From the IMG/VR virus record IMGVR_UViG_3300042196_000409: a DNA stretch of 64,000 nt; one strand, 5' to 3'. The translations under genes were made by a program, and so were the position numbers. The DNA is from a virus. Shown piece by piece: positions 46,107 to 55,393 of this stretch. The notes beneath the pieces were generated by a model that ran no database searches, was not told the origin of the DNA, and saw nothing but the letters and a program-made list of their open reading frames with translations. Position 1 is the first letter of the stretch. Each line of letters starts with the position of its first letter.

Positions 46107-46191
46107 TTCGCACCCACCCTGTCGAGCCACGTGTTGATGCGCTCGGAGAGCGCGAGCGGGATCGAGACGGAGCGGCGGTGCTGGACGCGGG

Positions 46192-46602
46192 TCACTTGGG
46201 GCCTGCCTCCATCCTCGCCGCGACGTCAGTTGGTAGTGTCCAGAAGCCGAGCGCACCGCTGACCGCGATCGGTTCGATGTGGCGTCGATCGCTGAACGAG
46301 AGGCCGAACGTATTCCCGTCCTGCATCAGATCCTTGCCGATGTAGAAGCGCGCCTCGTCGGCGGTCAGTTCCTCGCCGGGTCCGAAGACACGATCTAGCG
46401 TCGCTACTCCGACGACAGCGCCGAGCGGGAACGCCCCCATTGTCGCATACGGGCATTCGGTCTTCGCATCGAAGCCGAATCCGAAGCAGCCTTCAAGGAT
46501 ATCGCGGAACGCCTCAACGTCTCGCCTCTTGCTCGCGCAGATCGCGATGCTCTGGCCGACGAGCCGTCGCGCAAACCCCGCCATTGAGCGCCCGCGGTTC
46601 AT
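46192..46602 (-). CDS. hypothetical protein
   Basis: Internal ATG (MNRGRSMAGF..), Gly/Phe-rich with a plausible fold. Confidence 0.4.
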   Translation of the reverse strand: MNRGRSMAGFARRLVGQSIAICASKRRDVEAFRDILEGCFGFGFDAKTECPYATMGAFPLGAVVGVATLDRVFGPGEELTADEARFYIGKDLMQDGNTFGLSFSDRRHIEPIAVSGALGFWTLPTDVAARMEAGPK

Positions 46603-46624
46603 GGCTGCATGATGGAGAGGGCCT

Positions 46625-46969
46625 TCACCGCTCGCTCCCATCCGCATCGAACCACTCGCGCGAGTCGTCGAGTTCATTGCCGCGACACATGCCAAAGACG
46701 GGCGGAGACGGCTGATTGAGCGCCCATGCGCCTCGCCACCATGTCCTGACGAGGGCCGACAGCTCGTAGCGTGTCCCGCGATGCCCGTTCGTCGACGGGT
46801 GCTCGATATACGCGAGCAGGCGGCGGATCGCGCGGTTCGCAGCGCCAGCTTCGGCGCGTGCGAGCATGGCGGCGTCGCGGATGTTGGAGGCGAGCGTGGC
46901 GAGCGCAGTGATCGACTGCGCGAGACGGAATCGCCGCTCAGCTCCTTCGATGATGTCTGCTGGGCTCAT
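46625..46969 (-). CDS. hypothetical protein
   Basis: Alpha-helical Ala-rich ORF. Confidence 0.35.
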   Translation of the reverse strand: MSPADIIEGAERRFRLAQSITALATLASNIRDAAMLARAEAGAANRAIRRLLAYIEHPSTNGHRGTRYELSALVRTWWRGAWALNQPSPPVFGMCRGNELDDSREWFDADGSER

Positions 46970-47220
46970 CGCCTTCCCCGCCTTCCCCACCGCCGCCGCG
47001 TACGCTGCCGTCCGGTGAGCGGCCGATTACAGATCGCGCATGGGACATCGGTGCAGCAGTGGCCGCATGGGCGCCGCGGCAAGTAGCCATGCACGTAGCA
47101 CTCGCGATCCCACCGGCCATATCGGCACGGCTGGGCGTTGTACTCGGCGAGCTGCTGCGCTTGTCGCACGCGCTCCTCGGGCGTGTCCCACTCGGCGAGC
47201 ATCGCGTCGAAAGAGTTCAT
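46966..47220 (-). CDS. small Cys-rich protein
   Basis: MNSFDAMLAEWD.. then CRYGRWDRECYVHG..CGHCCTDVPCAICNRP. Confidence 0.4.
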   Translation of the reverse strand: MNSFDAMLAEWDTPEERVRQAQQLAEYNAQPCRYGRWDRECYVHGYLPRRPCGHCCTDVPCAICNRPLTGRQRTRRRWGRRGRR

Positions 47221-47223
47221 CGA

Positions 47224-47471
47224 ATCTCCAAGGCGGAAACCCCGCCGTTCAGGGCGGGAAGGAAGCCTCCGCCGCAGGACTGTCGTACCGATCTGGTATG
47301 CACATTGAAGTGGCGTTGCGAGGCTTTCGATTCCGCTTCTATCCGAGTCCGGATCAGGAACTTCTGCTTCGCCGAACGATCGGCTGCGCTCGCCTCGTCT
47401 ACAACAAAGCGCTCGCTGAACGCAGCGTGGCATGGACGACCCGCAAGGATACCCCGTCATCGACGTACTGA
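47224..47471 (+). mobile_element. truncated IS200/IS605-family element remnant (left-end hairpin + 5' fragment of tnpB)
   Basis: TCTCCAAGGCGGAAACCCCGCCGTTCAGGGCGGGAAGGAAGCC is near-identical to the left end of the complete copy at 55392. Followed by a 57-codon TnpB N-terminal fragment. Confidence 0.6.
47298..47471 (+). pseudogene. tnpB: tnpB N-terminal fragment
   Basis: MHIEVALRGFRFRFYPSPDQELLLRRTIGCARLVYNKALAERS aligns with MLICKSFRYRVYPTA..ALRFLWNLANEQR of the full TnpB at 55486. Confidence 0.55.
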
Positions 47472-47547
47472 ACTGTCCCGGCCTGGAATCCATGAGTTAG
47501 GAATCTGTACGGATGTTATCGGGAGTGACGATAAACTCTCTATAAAT

Positions 47548-47910
47548 GGGTGGAGGCGAGGGGAGTCGAACCCCTGTCCGAAGATGCATCCGAACGAACT
47601 TCTACGCGTGTAGGGCGCTGTTTGTGGTCTCGAACTCGACGGTAGCGACCGACCTGCGAGTTCAACGAGCTGACGAATCTCGATCTCCGTGTGTCAGCGC
47701 TTCAGGAGATCCAGCCTGATTGTGGCGGTGCTTCGTGGCTACAGACGGAAGCTACGAGCACCGTCGTCGAGCCTGGTGTTCAGGCTGCGGCGAGAGCAAC
47801 AGCGCCGTTGTTGTCGTTCGCAGTTGCAGGTTTGCCCATTTTTACGTGGCCTTGGGCGCCACGACGCGCGATCCGAACTTTCTCATCCTCGTCGAAACCG
47901 GTACGCCCCC
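47548..47910 (-). ncRNA. ssrA: tmRNA (SsrA), tag ANDNNGAVALAAA
   Basis: Minus strand starts GGGGGCGUACCGGUUUCGACGAGG (tmRNA 5' consensus). Tag ORF GCG AAC GAC AAC AAC GGC GCU GUU GCU CUC GCC GCA GCC UGA at nt ~93-134. 3' T-arm AGGGGUUCGACUCCCCU plus acceptor CGCCUCC pairing the 5' end with G3-U70. Confidence 0.8.
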
Positions 47911-48022
47911 CATGTCTAAAGAAGGATCCACTATGAAGGCGGTGCGGCGATCTCGTCAAGACGTGGCCACGCGATCGAAGTGGTTGACGACCGTGCGGCT
48001 GTCGAGTAGCTTTGTTTTTCTT

Positions 48023-48099
<77 letters not shown>

Positions 48100-48181
48100 A
48101 GTGTTTTTTCGATGACGTCGTTCCTCTCATCACGCTCGTCTAGTCGCAGTCGCTCGTAGCGACTCCTAGACGTTGTGTGTT

Positions 48182-48270
48182 GGCAGGGAAGGTCAGTCAG
48201 GTGACGACGGCGCTCTCGAAAAGCGTTTGCCCCTAAAAAACGGGGTCGGGTTCGAGTCCTAGTCCTGCCA
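48182..48270 (+). tRNA. tRNA-Ser(CGA), type II
   Basis: Acceptor GGCAGGG/TCCTGCC. Anticodon stem GCGCT/AGCGT. Loop ctCGAaa. Long variable hairpin CCCC-taaaaaa-CGGGG. Confidence 0.55.
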
Positions 48271-48275
48271 CGAAT

Positions 48276-48360
48276 GGAAGGCGAGTCCGTGCGGGTGCTG
48301 GAAGTCGTTTGCTAAACGACGTGCCGTGAAAGCGGCCGGGTTCGAGTCCCCCGTCTTCCG
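48276..48360 (+). tRNA. tRNA-Ser(GCT), type II
   Basis: Acceptor GGAAGGC/GTCTTCC. Perfect anticodon stem GTCGT/ACGAC. Loop ttGCTaa. Variable hairpin GCCG-tgaaa-CGGC. Confidence 0.55.
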
Positions 48361-48373
48361 CGGAGGCAACATC

Positions 48374-49058
48374 GTGAATGCATCATCATCTGATTCTGTC
48401 GTCGTCGAGGTCCGCGCGGCCGAGGGTGGCGCAGACGCCAAGCTCCTCGTGCTTGAGCAAGTGAAGATCTACCTGCGTCTCTGCACGCGGAGGTCTCTTT
48501 AGCGTCGAGATAGTAGAAGATCGGCCCGGCATCGCTGTGCTCTGCGTCGCGGGTCGCGGCGCCGCGGCACTGTTCGCGGGGGAGTGCGGTGGTCACCGAT
48601 GGCAGCGCGTGCCTGAGACCGAGAAGCGTGGACGTGTGCACACGAGCACGATCACCGTTGCGGTGCTTGAGGAGCCACGGCACGTCGAGCTGACGATCCG
48701 CCCCGAGGACGTCGACATCGAGACGATGCGTGGCTCCGGTGCCGGCGGCCAGCACCGGAACAAAACGGACTCGGCCGTGCGCGCACGTCACCGGCCGACC
48801 GGGATCGAGGTCCGCTGCGAGTCCGAGCGATCTCAGCATTTGAACCGCGAGCTCGCGCTGCGGGTCCTCGCCGCGCGCGTCGCGGAGCGGGCGCGATCGG
48901 CGGCGCAGGGAGAGCGCGATGCCGATCGTCGTCGGCAGCTCGGGTCTGGCATGCGCGGCGATAAGCGGCGAACAATTCGAACGCAGGACGACCAGGTGAA
49001 CGATCACGTCGACGGCCGGACGTGGCGATACAAGTCGTACGCGCGTGGTGACTGGTAG
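48374..49058 (+). CDS. prfH: PrfH-like class-I release factor homolog (GGQ), ORF split by a +1 frameshift at CTT-TAG-C
   Basis: Frame A 48374-48499 gives ..[31 protein letters not shown] then TAG. Frame +1 from 48501 gives [67 protein letters not shown] (PrfH-like). GGAGG lies 3 nt upstream of CTT TAG C, the geometry of the prfB frameshift site. Confidence 0.65.
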
Positions 49059-49060
49059 CG

Positions 49061-49447
49061 CTACGTCTCGATGCCGAGGGCTTTGAGGTCCGCGGCCGTT
49101 AGCCCCCCGGCGGCTGGTTCGGGCTGTTCCTCCGATAGGCCGAGCGTCTTCAGGTCTTCGGGGGTCAGCGCTCCGGCGGGTGGCTCTTTCGACGGATCTG
49201 GCGGAGGTCCGGGAACCTGCGGCAGCTCGCAGACATCGGTCGGCAAGCCCAGGTGCGCGAGGACCTTGGCCGTGCATCCGATGCAGAGATCCAGCGCTTC
49301 GTGCTCTCGAGGACTTGGGACCGGCAGCCCAGCGGCGATGAACGCCTGAAGCATTTTGTAGTCGACGCGCGGAGGGCTCACGCTCAGGGTCGAGTGACCT
49401 CCATCGCGTGCGAACTTCGTACTGCAAGCATCGCAGACCATTGCCAT
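49061..49447 (-). CDS. hypothetical Cys-containing protein
   Basis: Internal ATG (MAMVCDACSTKF..); Pro-rich C-terminus. Confidence 0.35.
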   Translation of the reverse strand: MAMVCDACSTKFARDGGHSTLSVSPPRVDYKMLQAFIAAGLPVPSPREHEALDLCIGCTAKVLAHLGLPTDVCELPQVPGPPPDPSKEPPAGALTPEDLKTLGLSEEQPEPAAGGLTAADLKALGIET

Positions 49448-49551
49448 GCGGTCGAGCGTATCAAATATCGTTGGCGAATTTCGGACGCGGACGCGCCGTT
49501 CAGGACATTCACGTCGCCCGCACGGACCGCCGAAACCATGAAGTGCTCGGT

Positions 49552-50361
49552 TCACTTCTTCAGGTCGGAGGCGGCCTGAAGAGCCTCCGCCGCGAGGCGC
49601 TGACGCCGACGCTGGTGGTTCTCATTCTCGGCGCGGAGGTCAAACGCATATTCGCGTGGAAGAGAACGGATCACGACACCAGGCTGGTTCGCCATCAGTC
49701 CGAGGGCGGAGAGGAGATCCTCGGACCAATCGAGCAGCGCGTGCTTCACGCTGCTCATTTTCCACGAACGGTGCCGGCGAGCGGCCTGGACCATGTCCAA
49801 GGTGACTTGAGACCGAAGGCCCGCGAGAAGGCGTTTCGCGACCTCGGTCGGCACTTCAGGATCATGAAGGAATGCCGTCACGTCTCCAGATTGCAAGTGT
49901 GGCGAGGCCGTGAGTGGTTTTGTCGGATCTGTACGCGCATGGAACTGGCGCATGCTGGTCATCGTTTCCTTGAGCACGTCGACTGTGCGTGACACGCGTG
50001 CGCGAAGACTGCGATCTAGGTACGCACGAAACGGCATGATCAGCCACACGGGAACGGTCAGGCGTGCCAGGGCTGTGTGCTCGCGATCCAATCGCAACGC
50101 TGCCTCTGTCACGGCGACCAGTGCACGTCCGAGTTGCTCATCTTGGAGTGCCGCCTTGACCTGGCTCTGCGAATACTCGGAACCTAGGTACGGTACGAGT
50201 GCGCTGTCATAGGACCGCATTCGATCGTTCGCGGTCGACCACGCTTCCGGGATCATTCCGCGGAACAACTGCACGAGCCTGGTGCCACGCCGGTTGAGCA
50301 CTTCCAGCGCGGTCGGCTCGAACAACGCTAGATCGTTGGACACGCTTCGGTTTACCAACAA
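49552..50361 (-). CDS. hypothetical protein
   Basis: 269-aa ORF with balanced, helical composition. Confidence 0.5.
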   Translation of the reverse strand: MLVNRSVSNDLALFEPTALEVLNRRGTRLVQLFRGMIPEAWSTANDRMRSYDSALVPYLGSEYSQSQVKAALQDEQLGRALVAVTEAALRLDREHTALARLTVPVWLIMPFRAYLDRSLRARVSRTVDVLKETMTSMRQFHARTDPTKPLTASPHLQSGDVTAFLHDPEVPTEVAKRLLAGLRSQVTLDMVQAARRHRSWKMSSVKHALLDWSEDLLSALGLMANQPGVVIRSLPREYAFDLRAENENHQRRRQRLAAEALQAASDLKK

Positions 50362-50433
50362 TCCGAGATACGGAAAAGGACTCTTTCCGTCGACGACCGG
50401 GGAGCACCGCTGAGAGGCGGTGTGCCTATCCGA

Positions 50434-50694
50434 TTAGCGACCATCATTGAGAAGCTCGGCTAAGCGAACACGGGCCGCGGTCACCGTGGCGTGATCTTCG
50501 GCGCTGAGCATTGGCATCAGCATGTGAGGGATGAAGGCCCTCTTGTAGATGCGGACAAATTCACGGTCATTTTGTGTGGCCACGCCACGCTCGAATCGCG
50601 AGAGAGCTGCCTTGACGCGCGCGCTGATTTGCTCGTCGGTAAGGGTGTCAGCGGTGATCATCGACTCTCCTTGGGTGGCAAGCCGGATAAGCAT
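50434..50694 (-). CDS. hypothetical small protein
   Basis: 86-aa ORF, protein-like. Confidence 0.4.
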   Translation of the reverse strand: MLIRLATQGESMITADTLTDEQISARVKAALSRFERGVATQNDREFVRIYKRAFIPHMLMPMLSAEDHATVTAARVRLAELLNDGR

Positions 50695-50794
50695 GCTTAT
50701 CCCTCACTGGCTGACCGAACGGCGGATGAAAGCGGCCACCGTGCTCGGCGTGATCTCCAAACCCCAGTGCCAAGGCATGGTTTGAACCGTCCGT

Positions 50795-52774
50795 TCATCG
50801 AACCGCGAGCTTGCCCATTGCCTCGTATTCGAGTTGTGCGGCCTTCGCGAGATGCGCTCCTGTAATCGGCGTGTTCTCGTCGGCGGCAAGGAACGCAGCA
50901 CGCAGCACGGCGTTCTTTATGTAGCCGCCGCTCATCACGTACTTCTCCGCGAGCTTGTCGAGGTTCAATGCACCACGAACGGGGGCTTTCGTTGGGATCA
51001 GGGCGTGCCAAAGCTTCTGCCGCTCCGTCGCCTCGGGCATCGGGAATCGGACGTGAACAGCAAGTCTCCGCCGAAACGCTTCGTCGATCGCCGTCTCGTG
51101 GTTGGTCGTGAGAATACAGATGCCCCCAAAGGTCTCGATTCTCTGCAACAGGAAGTTCACCTCTTGGTTTGCAAACCGATCGTTGCTGGACTTCACCTCG
51201 GTTCGCTTGCCGAACAGCGCGTCGGCCTCGTCGAACAGAAGAATTGCGTGACCAGCTTCTGCGGCATCGAACAGCTCGGCGAGCTGTTTCTCCGTCTCCC
51301 CGATCCATTTCGAGACGATCTTGCTCAGATCGACTTGGAAGATCTCGACGCGCAGCGAACGCGCGAGCAGTCCGGCAGCCATTGACTTACCCGTCCCTGG
51401 CGGGCCTGAGAACAGCGCGGCGATACCGCGCCCCCTGCCGACCTTCTCCGCAAAGCCCCATTGCTCGTAGACACGATTCCGCTGGCGAATCCTGGCGAGC
51501 AACTCGACGATTGCGGTCCCTTGATCTTCGGGAAGGACGAGATCATCCCAGGACTGGCTCACGGTCATGCGCGTCGCAAGCCCTGCGAGGCGATGCTCCA
51601 AGACGAGCCCAATCGCGGTCTCGATTTGCTCGGCGGTGGGGCGCGCACCGCGAGACATCCGCATGGCAGTTGTGCCGACCGCGAGCACGATCGCTGGCGC
51701 GAGCGGGTAAACGCTGGCCAGAAGCGTGTGGTCATCCGCATGAGGTAGGGCACGCCGCCAAAGCTTCTCGAGCTGCTCACCTGTTGGGGGTGGCACGGTG
51801 ATCAGCGTTGGCGGACGGCTCCAGGGACGTGCGATCGGCCTCGTGGACGTTGCGAAGATCAGCTCTTCAAACGCCGTTTCGACAAGATGGATGCGATCCG
51901 AACCCTCGGCGAGGGCGTCGAGGTCGCGCACCAACGGAACCGCGCCCAAGAGCTGACACTCTCGCGCGACCTTGCGCAGCTGCGTGCGCGTCTCGTCAAG
52001 TTGGCGCGACAGGTTGCGAGCTTCGATGATGATAGCACCCGACGCTTTCGTGGACGCCGCGGCGCCAAGCAACGTTCGTCGCCCAGAACCAGACCGTCCC
52101 TGGACGAGTACCAGCTGTGGCTCGTCAATGGCCAACGCCGACTTCAACTGGGTCACGACATGGGGAGAGATCACGAGCTCGGCCAGCATTCCTGGCGGCG
52201 TGTCATCAAAGCGCGCGATGTCTTTCAGAGAGCTGTCGAGCCGAAGTAGACCCGTGGCCAGCTCAAGAACGCGATCGGCGATGCGCACCCGCTGCATGCT
52301 CATCGCGAGATGGCGATGCTCCAGATCTACCTCGATCAATGCCTTCCTTCGTAGCGCCCCGGTTTCCAGCAAGTCATCGAGACCGATCGACGGTCGATCT
52401 GAGTACACGACGGCGAGGAGCGTGCCGATCGTGATGCCTCGCGAGTCATTCGAGAGATGTGCGAGCAGATGTCGAACAGCTGGATCCAGATCGAAGGCAA
52501 CGAGCGTCCAAAGGACGAGCATCTCCTGCTCTGTGAGGCCGAGACGCTGCTGACAAAGCGTCATCGGGTGGTCAGGCGCGAGGTCGGCAGGCTCGATCGG
52601 AATGGCTTTGGCGAGCGCTAGGTCTCCTGCGAGCCAGCCCTCTTCGCGGCCACGCGCGATCGCAGCGACAACATGGGGCCGCGCGATCCGGTACGCGTCG
52701 AACGCGGGATCATTCATCGTCTCGTCCGCACGAATCGCCGGTCTTAAACGAGCGTTCGATACGAGCGAGATCAT
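50795..52774 (-). CDS. AAA+ ATPase (classical AAA C-terminal module plus degenerate N-terminal P-loop module)
   Basis: Walker A GPPGTGKS, Walker B ILLFDEAD, second region of homology ..TTNHETAIDEAFRRR. An upstream LVLVQGRSGSGRRTLL is a second P-loop. Confidence 0.75.
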   Translation of the reverse strand: MISLVSNARLRPAIRADETMNDPAFDAYRIARPHVVAAIARGREEGWLAGDLALAKAIPIEPADLAPDHPMTLCQQRLGLTEQEMLVLWTLVAFDLDPAVRHLLAHLSNDSRGITIGTLLAVVYSDRPSIGLDDLLETGALRRKALIEVDLEHRHLAMSMQRVRIADRVLELATGLLRLDSSLKDIARFDDTPPGMLAELVISPHVVTQLKSALAIDEPQLVLVQGRSGSGRRTLLGAAASTKASGAIIIEARNLSRQLDETRTQLRKVARECQLLGAVPLVRDLDALAEGSDRIHLVETAFEELIFATSTRPIARPWSRPPTLITVPPPTGEQLEKLWRRALPHADDHTLLASVYPLAPAIVLAVGTTAMRMSRGARPTAEQIETAIGLVLEHRLAGLATRMTVSQSWDDLVLPEDQGTAIVELLARIRQRNRVYEQWGFAEKVGRGRGIAALFSGPPGTGKSMAAGLLARSLRVEIFQVDLSKIVSKWIGETEKQLAELFDAAEAGHAILLFDEADALFGKRTEVKSSNDRFANQEVNFLLQRIETFGGICILTTNHETAIDEAFRRRLAVHVRFPMPEATERQKLWHALIPTKAPVRGALNLDKLAEKYVMSGGYIKNAVLRAAFLAADENTPITGAHLAKAAQLEYEAMGKLAVR

Positions 52775-53165
52775 CTTCAGAAGGGAGTAGGCCGGTGTAC
52801 GGCTCGCACTTGGGCGGAGACTCCACGCACGCCTTCCACAGCACTCGGTTCGCCTGGCTTAGCCCGTACCAGCGATCCATGAGCGTGTCTTTGGACAGGC
52901 GCGGCTGTTGTGTCTGCAAACGCGTTTTCAACTCAGCGATGTTCCAGCCCTGAGCGGTACAGATGTCGCTCAGCTGCGCTGCGTGCGTCGATCGAAGCTC
53001 ACCGAGAGCACTGCGATGTGCCGAGAGCGCTAAGACGCAGCCGACAGCCACGACGACGAGAAGCCCGGCACGCGAGGCTGCCCTCGTAAACGCGCGAGAG
53101 GGAGGCACTGCAAGCAGAACCGATCCTACGAAGCCCCCGAGCAGCCCGATGAAAAGTTGTCCCAT
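52710..53165 (-). CDS. membrane protein
   Basis: Two N-terminal TM helices. C-terminal soluble domain with CEPY..C residues. Confidence 0.45.
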   Translation of the reverse strand: MGQLFIGLLGGFVGSVLLAVPPSRAFTRAASRAGLLVVVAVGCVLALSAHRSALGELRSTHAAQLSDICTAQGWNIAELKTRLQTQQPRLSKDTLMDRWYGLSQANRVLWKACVESPPKCEPYTGLLPSEDDLARIERSFKTGDSCGRDDE

Positions 53166-54586
53166 TACGCCTCCAAGGCCCGCAGCGAGAGGTTCTGCGC
53201 ACGTTCTGCCATCAGCTTGATGTGCGTCGTCTCGGCATCCGTGGCGCGGTGCACGTCGACCGAGGATTTGCCGTTGATCATGTCGTTCATCGCGTCGTGG
53301 TCTTCCTTGATGCGAGCGGGACCGACCGGCGTGCGGTGATGGATGATCATCTGCTGTAGGTTGGTCCAGTTGATATCGCGCACGTAGCCATCGGCCGTGA
53401 TCATGACGCTCGCGTACTGCGTTGCGGGGTTCGTATGCTCCGAACAGATGCGGATGATCTTGTTGATCGGGAGGTCTCCGACGCGACCGAGCTGTGCCAG
53501 GCGCTTCCGCACTTCGGGCCCGACGTTCCCTAGCCGCATGCGGTGATCGGGATCGGCGAGGAGTTGTCCGCCCATATCGATGAAGATCTCCAGCATGCCG
53601 GATTCCGCATCGATCGCGTGCACTTGGTTATTCTCCAAGGCGCCTTGCGTTTTCGTCGGATCGACATTCGAGCGCGTGGGATCCTGGCCTGGACGCTCCG
53701 GCGCCTGGGCGGAGTCCTTGAGTCCGACCGCACCCTTGCTTCCATTCTTCTCGAAGAAGTCCCAGCCGCCCATCGCACCGTGCGACGCCTGCGCGAGAAA
53801 ATTCGTCCAGCCGATGACGATGCGATCCTTGATGGCATCGAGAATCTCTGCTGTCGATGCGAGCAAGCTTTGCGAGGCAATCAACGCGGCATCCAGCTCC
53901 GCCGACGTCAGGCCGGCGAGCTGGTCGTGAAGCTTGGGCCATTCGGCACTGAAGCGAGCGACCGCCGCGAGCTCTTCGGCGCGGAGTTGATTGAAGTACG
54001 CAAGCTTGAGGTCGCGGACGTCAGGCGGAGCAACCGGCGAGCTTGGCGATAACGCCTTTCTGACGAGATCCTTCATCGCGTACGCGATGAAGGTCGCTGC
54101 TGGGCTGCGTCCCTTGGGCGCGGCTGCGGGCGCCGATTCATCCGGGCCCTTCTCAGAGGTGGAAGGTTTGCTGCTCGTCAATGCCCCAGCGACCCATGCT
54201 CCCAGCGCGGCGCTGGAGCCATAGAGCGTGCTCATGGCCGCGATGCCTAGAATCTGGGCCAGCCAACCGCCGTCCACATTCTTCGGCATCTCGGCAGGCA
54301 TGATGAGGTCCTTGGCGGCATCCATGCCCAGATTCAGCGCCGTGAACACGGCGTCTTGAATTCTGCCGATGCCTTGGATCTGGCCTTCGCGATGGCTGTT
54401 CTCATCCACCGCGTGGCCCGGCTTCGCAGAACCGCCTGTCGCGTTCATGGAACCAAGGATTCCGTCGACCGTACCCGCAGACGGCGGTTGATGGGCTTGA
54501 TCCTCTTTCCTGCGCGCAGCGAGTTGTTTGTCGCGCGCTTGCTTCGCGGCGTCGCGGTCCGCGAGTCCCTGCTCAGGTCCACTCAT
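53165..54586 (-). CDS. hypothetical large protein
   Basis: 473-aa ORF with Ala/Gly/Ser-rich low-complexity middle and conserved-looking helical ends. Confidence 0.5.
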   Translation of the reverse strand: MSGPEQGLADRDAAKQARDKQLAARRKEDQAHQPPSAGTVDGILGSMNATGGSAKPGHAVDENSHREGQIQGIGRIQDAVFTALNLGMDAAKDLIMPAEMPKNVDGGWLAQILGIAAMSTLYGSSAALGAWVAGALTSSKPSTSEKGPDESAPAAAPKGRSPAATFIAYAMKDLVRKALSPSSPVAPPDVRDLKLAYFNQLRAEELAAVARFSAEWPKLHDQLAGLTSAELDAALIASQSLLASTAEILDAIKDRIVIGWTNFLAQASHGAMGGWDFFEKNGSKGAVGLKDSAQAPERPGQDPTRSNVDPTKTQGALENNQVHAIDAESGMLEIFIDMGGQLLADPDHRMRLGNVGPEVRKRLAQLGRVGDLPINKIIRICSEHTNPATQYASVMITADGYVRDINWTNLQQMIIHHRTPVGPARIKEDHDAMNDMINGKSSVDVHRATDAETTHIKLMAERAQNLSLRALEA

Positions 54587-54626
54587 GACGCATCTCCTTG
54601 TTCGTGCACTGCGGTGGTGTCGGCCT

Positions 54627-55019
54627 TCATGGGATGGAATCCATTGCTTGCTTGAGGATCATCCTCAAGCAAGCGTCGTCGGTGCACGCACGCCACGCGT
54701 CCATCGGAAACGGCTGGGGCATGCAGCGGTCGAGCATGACCTTCGAATCGTCCCCACCTCTGGCGTTGCCGACTCGATCGTAGAGATGGCGGCGTTCATC
54801 CTCGATCTGCTGGGGTGTGAGCCACGCCGGGTTGTCGGTGTCGTGAATCATGGATCGATCGGTGAGGAGGGCTGCCTTGACCGCACCGCAGATCTCCGCG
54901 TATTTCTTGGCCTTGGGCGTGAGCCGGTCGACCTGTCGGTTGAGGGTGGTGTTGATGTACACCATCGCGACGATCGCGACGATGAACGCGATGGTTCCGA
55001 TGATCTTCACGTAGACGAG
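54627..55019 (-). CDS. small TM protein, paralog of 55022-55393
   Basis: TM segment KIIGTIAFIVAIVAMVYI. Shared pattern KAKKYAEICGAVKAA ... C..D.ACLRMILKQA..IP. Start approximate. Confidence 0.4.
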   Translation of the reverse strand, partial: LVYVKIIGTIAFIVAIVAMVYINTTLNRQVDRLTPKAKKYAEICGAVKAALLTDRSMIHDTDNPAWLTPQQIEDERRHLYDRVGNARGGDDSKVMLDRCMPQPFPMDAWRACTDDACLRMILKQAMDSIP

Positions 55020-55021
55020 CT

Positions 55022-55393
55022 TCAAGGGATCTTGGCCTCCACAGCCTTGAGGATGTTCACGATGCAAGGGTAGTCGCGGCGATTGCGGCATGCGGCAAGC
55101 GCGTGGAGGTCTACCGTGTCGTGAGAGCACCAGTCGAACATCCGTGTCCGGTTGCCGATCTGGCGATTGTCGTATCCGTCGAGGACGAACTGGCGCATCG
55201 GTTCATCCTCGCTACGGCCTAGGAAGAAGATGTCGCTCCCGACCGCGGACTTGATGGCGAGGCAGATCTCGTCGTACACCTTCGCCTTCTCCTTGAGGCG
55301 GTTGTTCTCCCGCGTGAGGGAGATCGTGATCCATCCGGCGGCGATGAACAGGAGGGCGGTCGTCGCGATGGTGATGCGGGCGATGCGATTCAC
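55022..55393 (-). CDS. small TM protein, paralog of 54627-55019
   Basis: TM segment ITIATTALLFIAAGWITI. Pattern KEKAKVYDEICLAIKSA ... C..D.HALAACRNRRDYPCIVNILKAVEAKIP. Confidence 0.45.
   Translation of the reverse strand: MNRIARITIATTALLFIAAGWITISLTRENNRLKEKAKVYDEICLAIKSAVGSDIFFLGRSEDEPMRQFVLDGYDNRQIGNRTRMFDWCSHDTVDLHALAACRNRRDYPCIVNILKAVEAKIP

Noticed and set aside
47560-47640. Alternative tmRNA tag reading ATVEFETTNSALHA just upstream of the 3' tRNA-like domain
   Set aside because: It is in the wrong position for a tag ORF (should be ~90 nt from the 5' end) and has an atypical C-terminus. A canonical ANDNNGAVALAAA tag was found at the expected position.
47548-47910. tmRNA 3' end as an integration (att) site marking a prophage boundary
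   Set aside because: Phage-like tRNA genes and RNA-repair genes occur on both sides of ssrA (fMet/Ser tRNAs and prfH to the right). The tmRNA therefore appears to belong to the element rather than to flanking host DNA. This cannot be excluded without the host genome.
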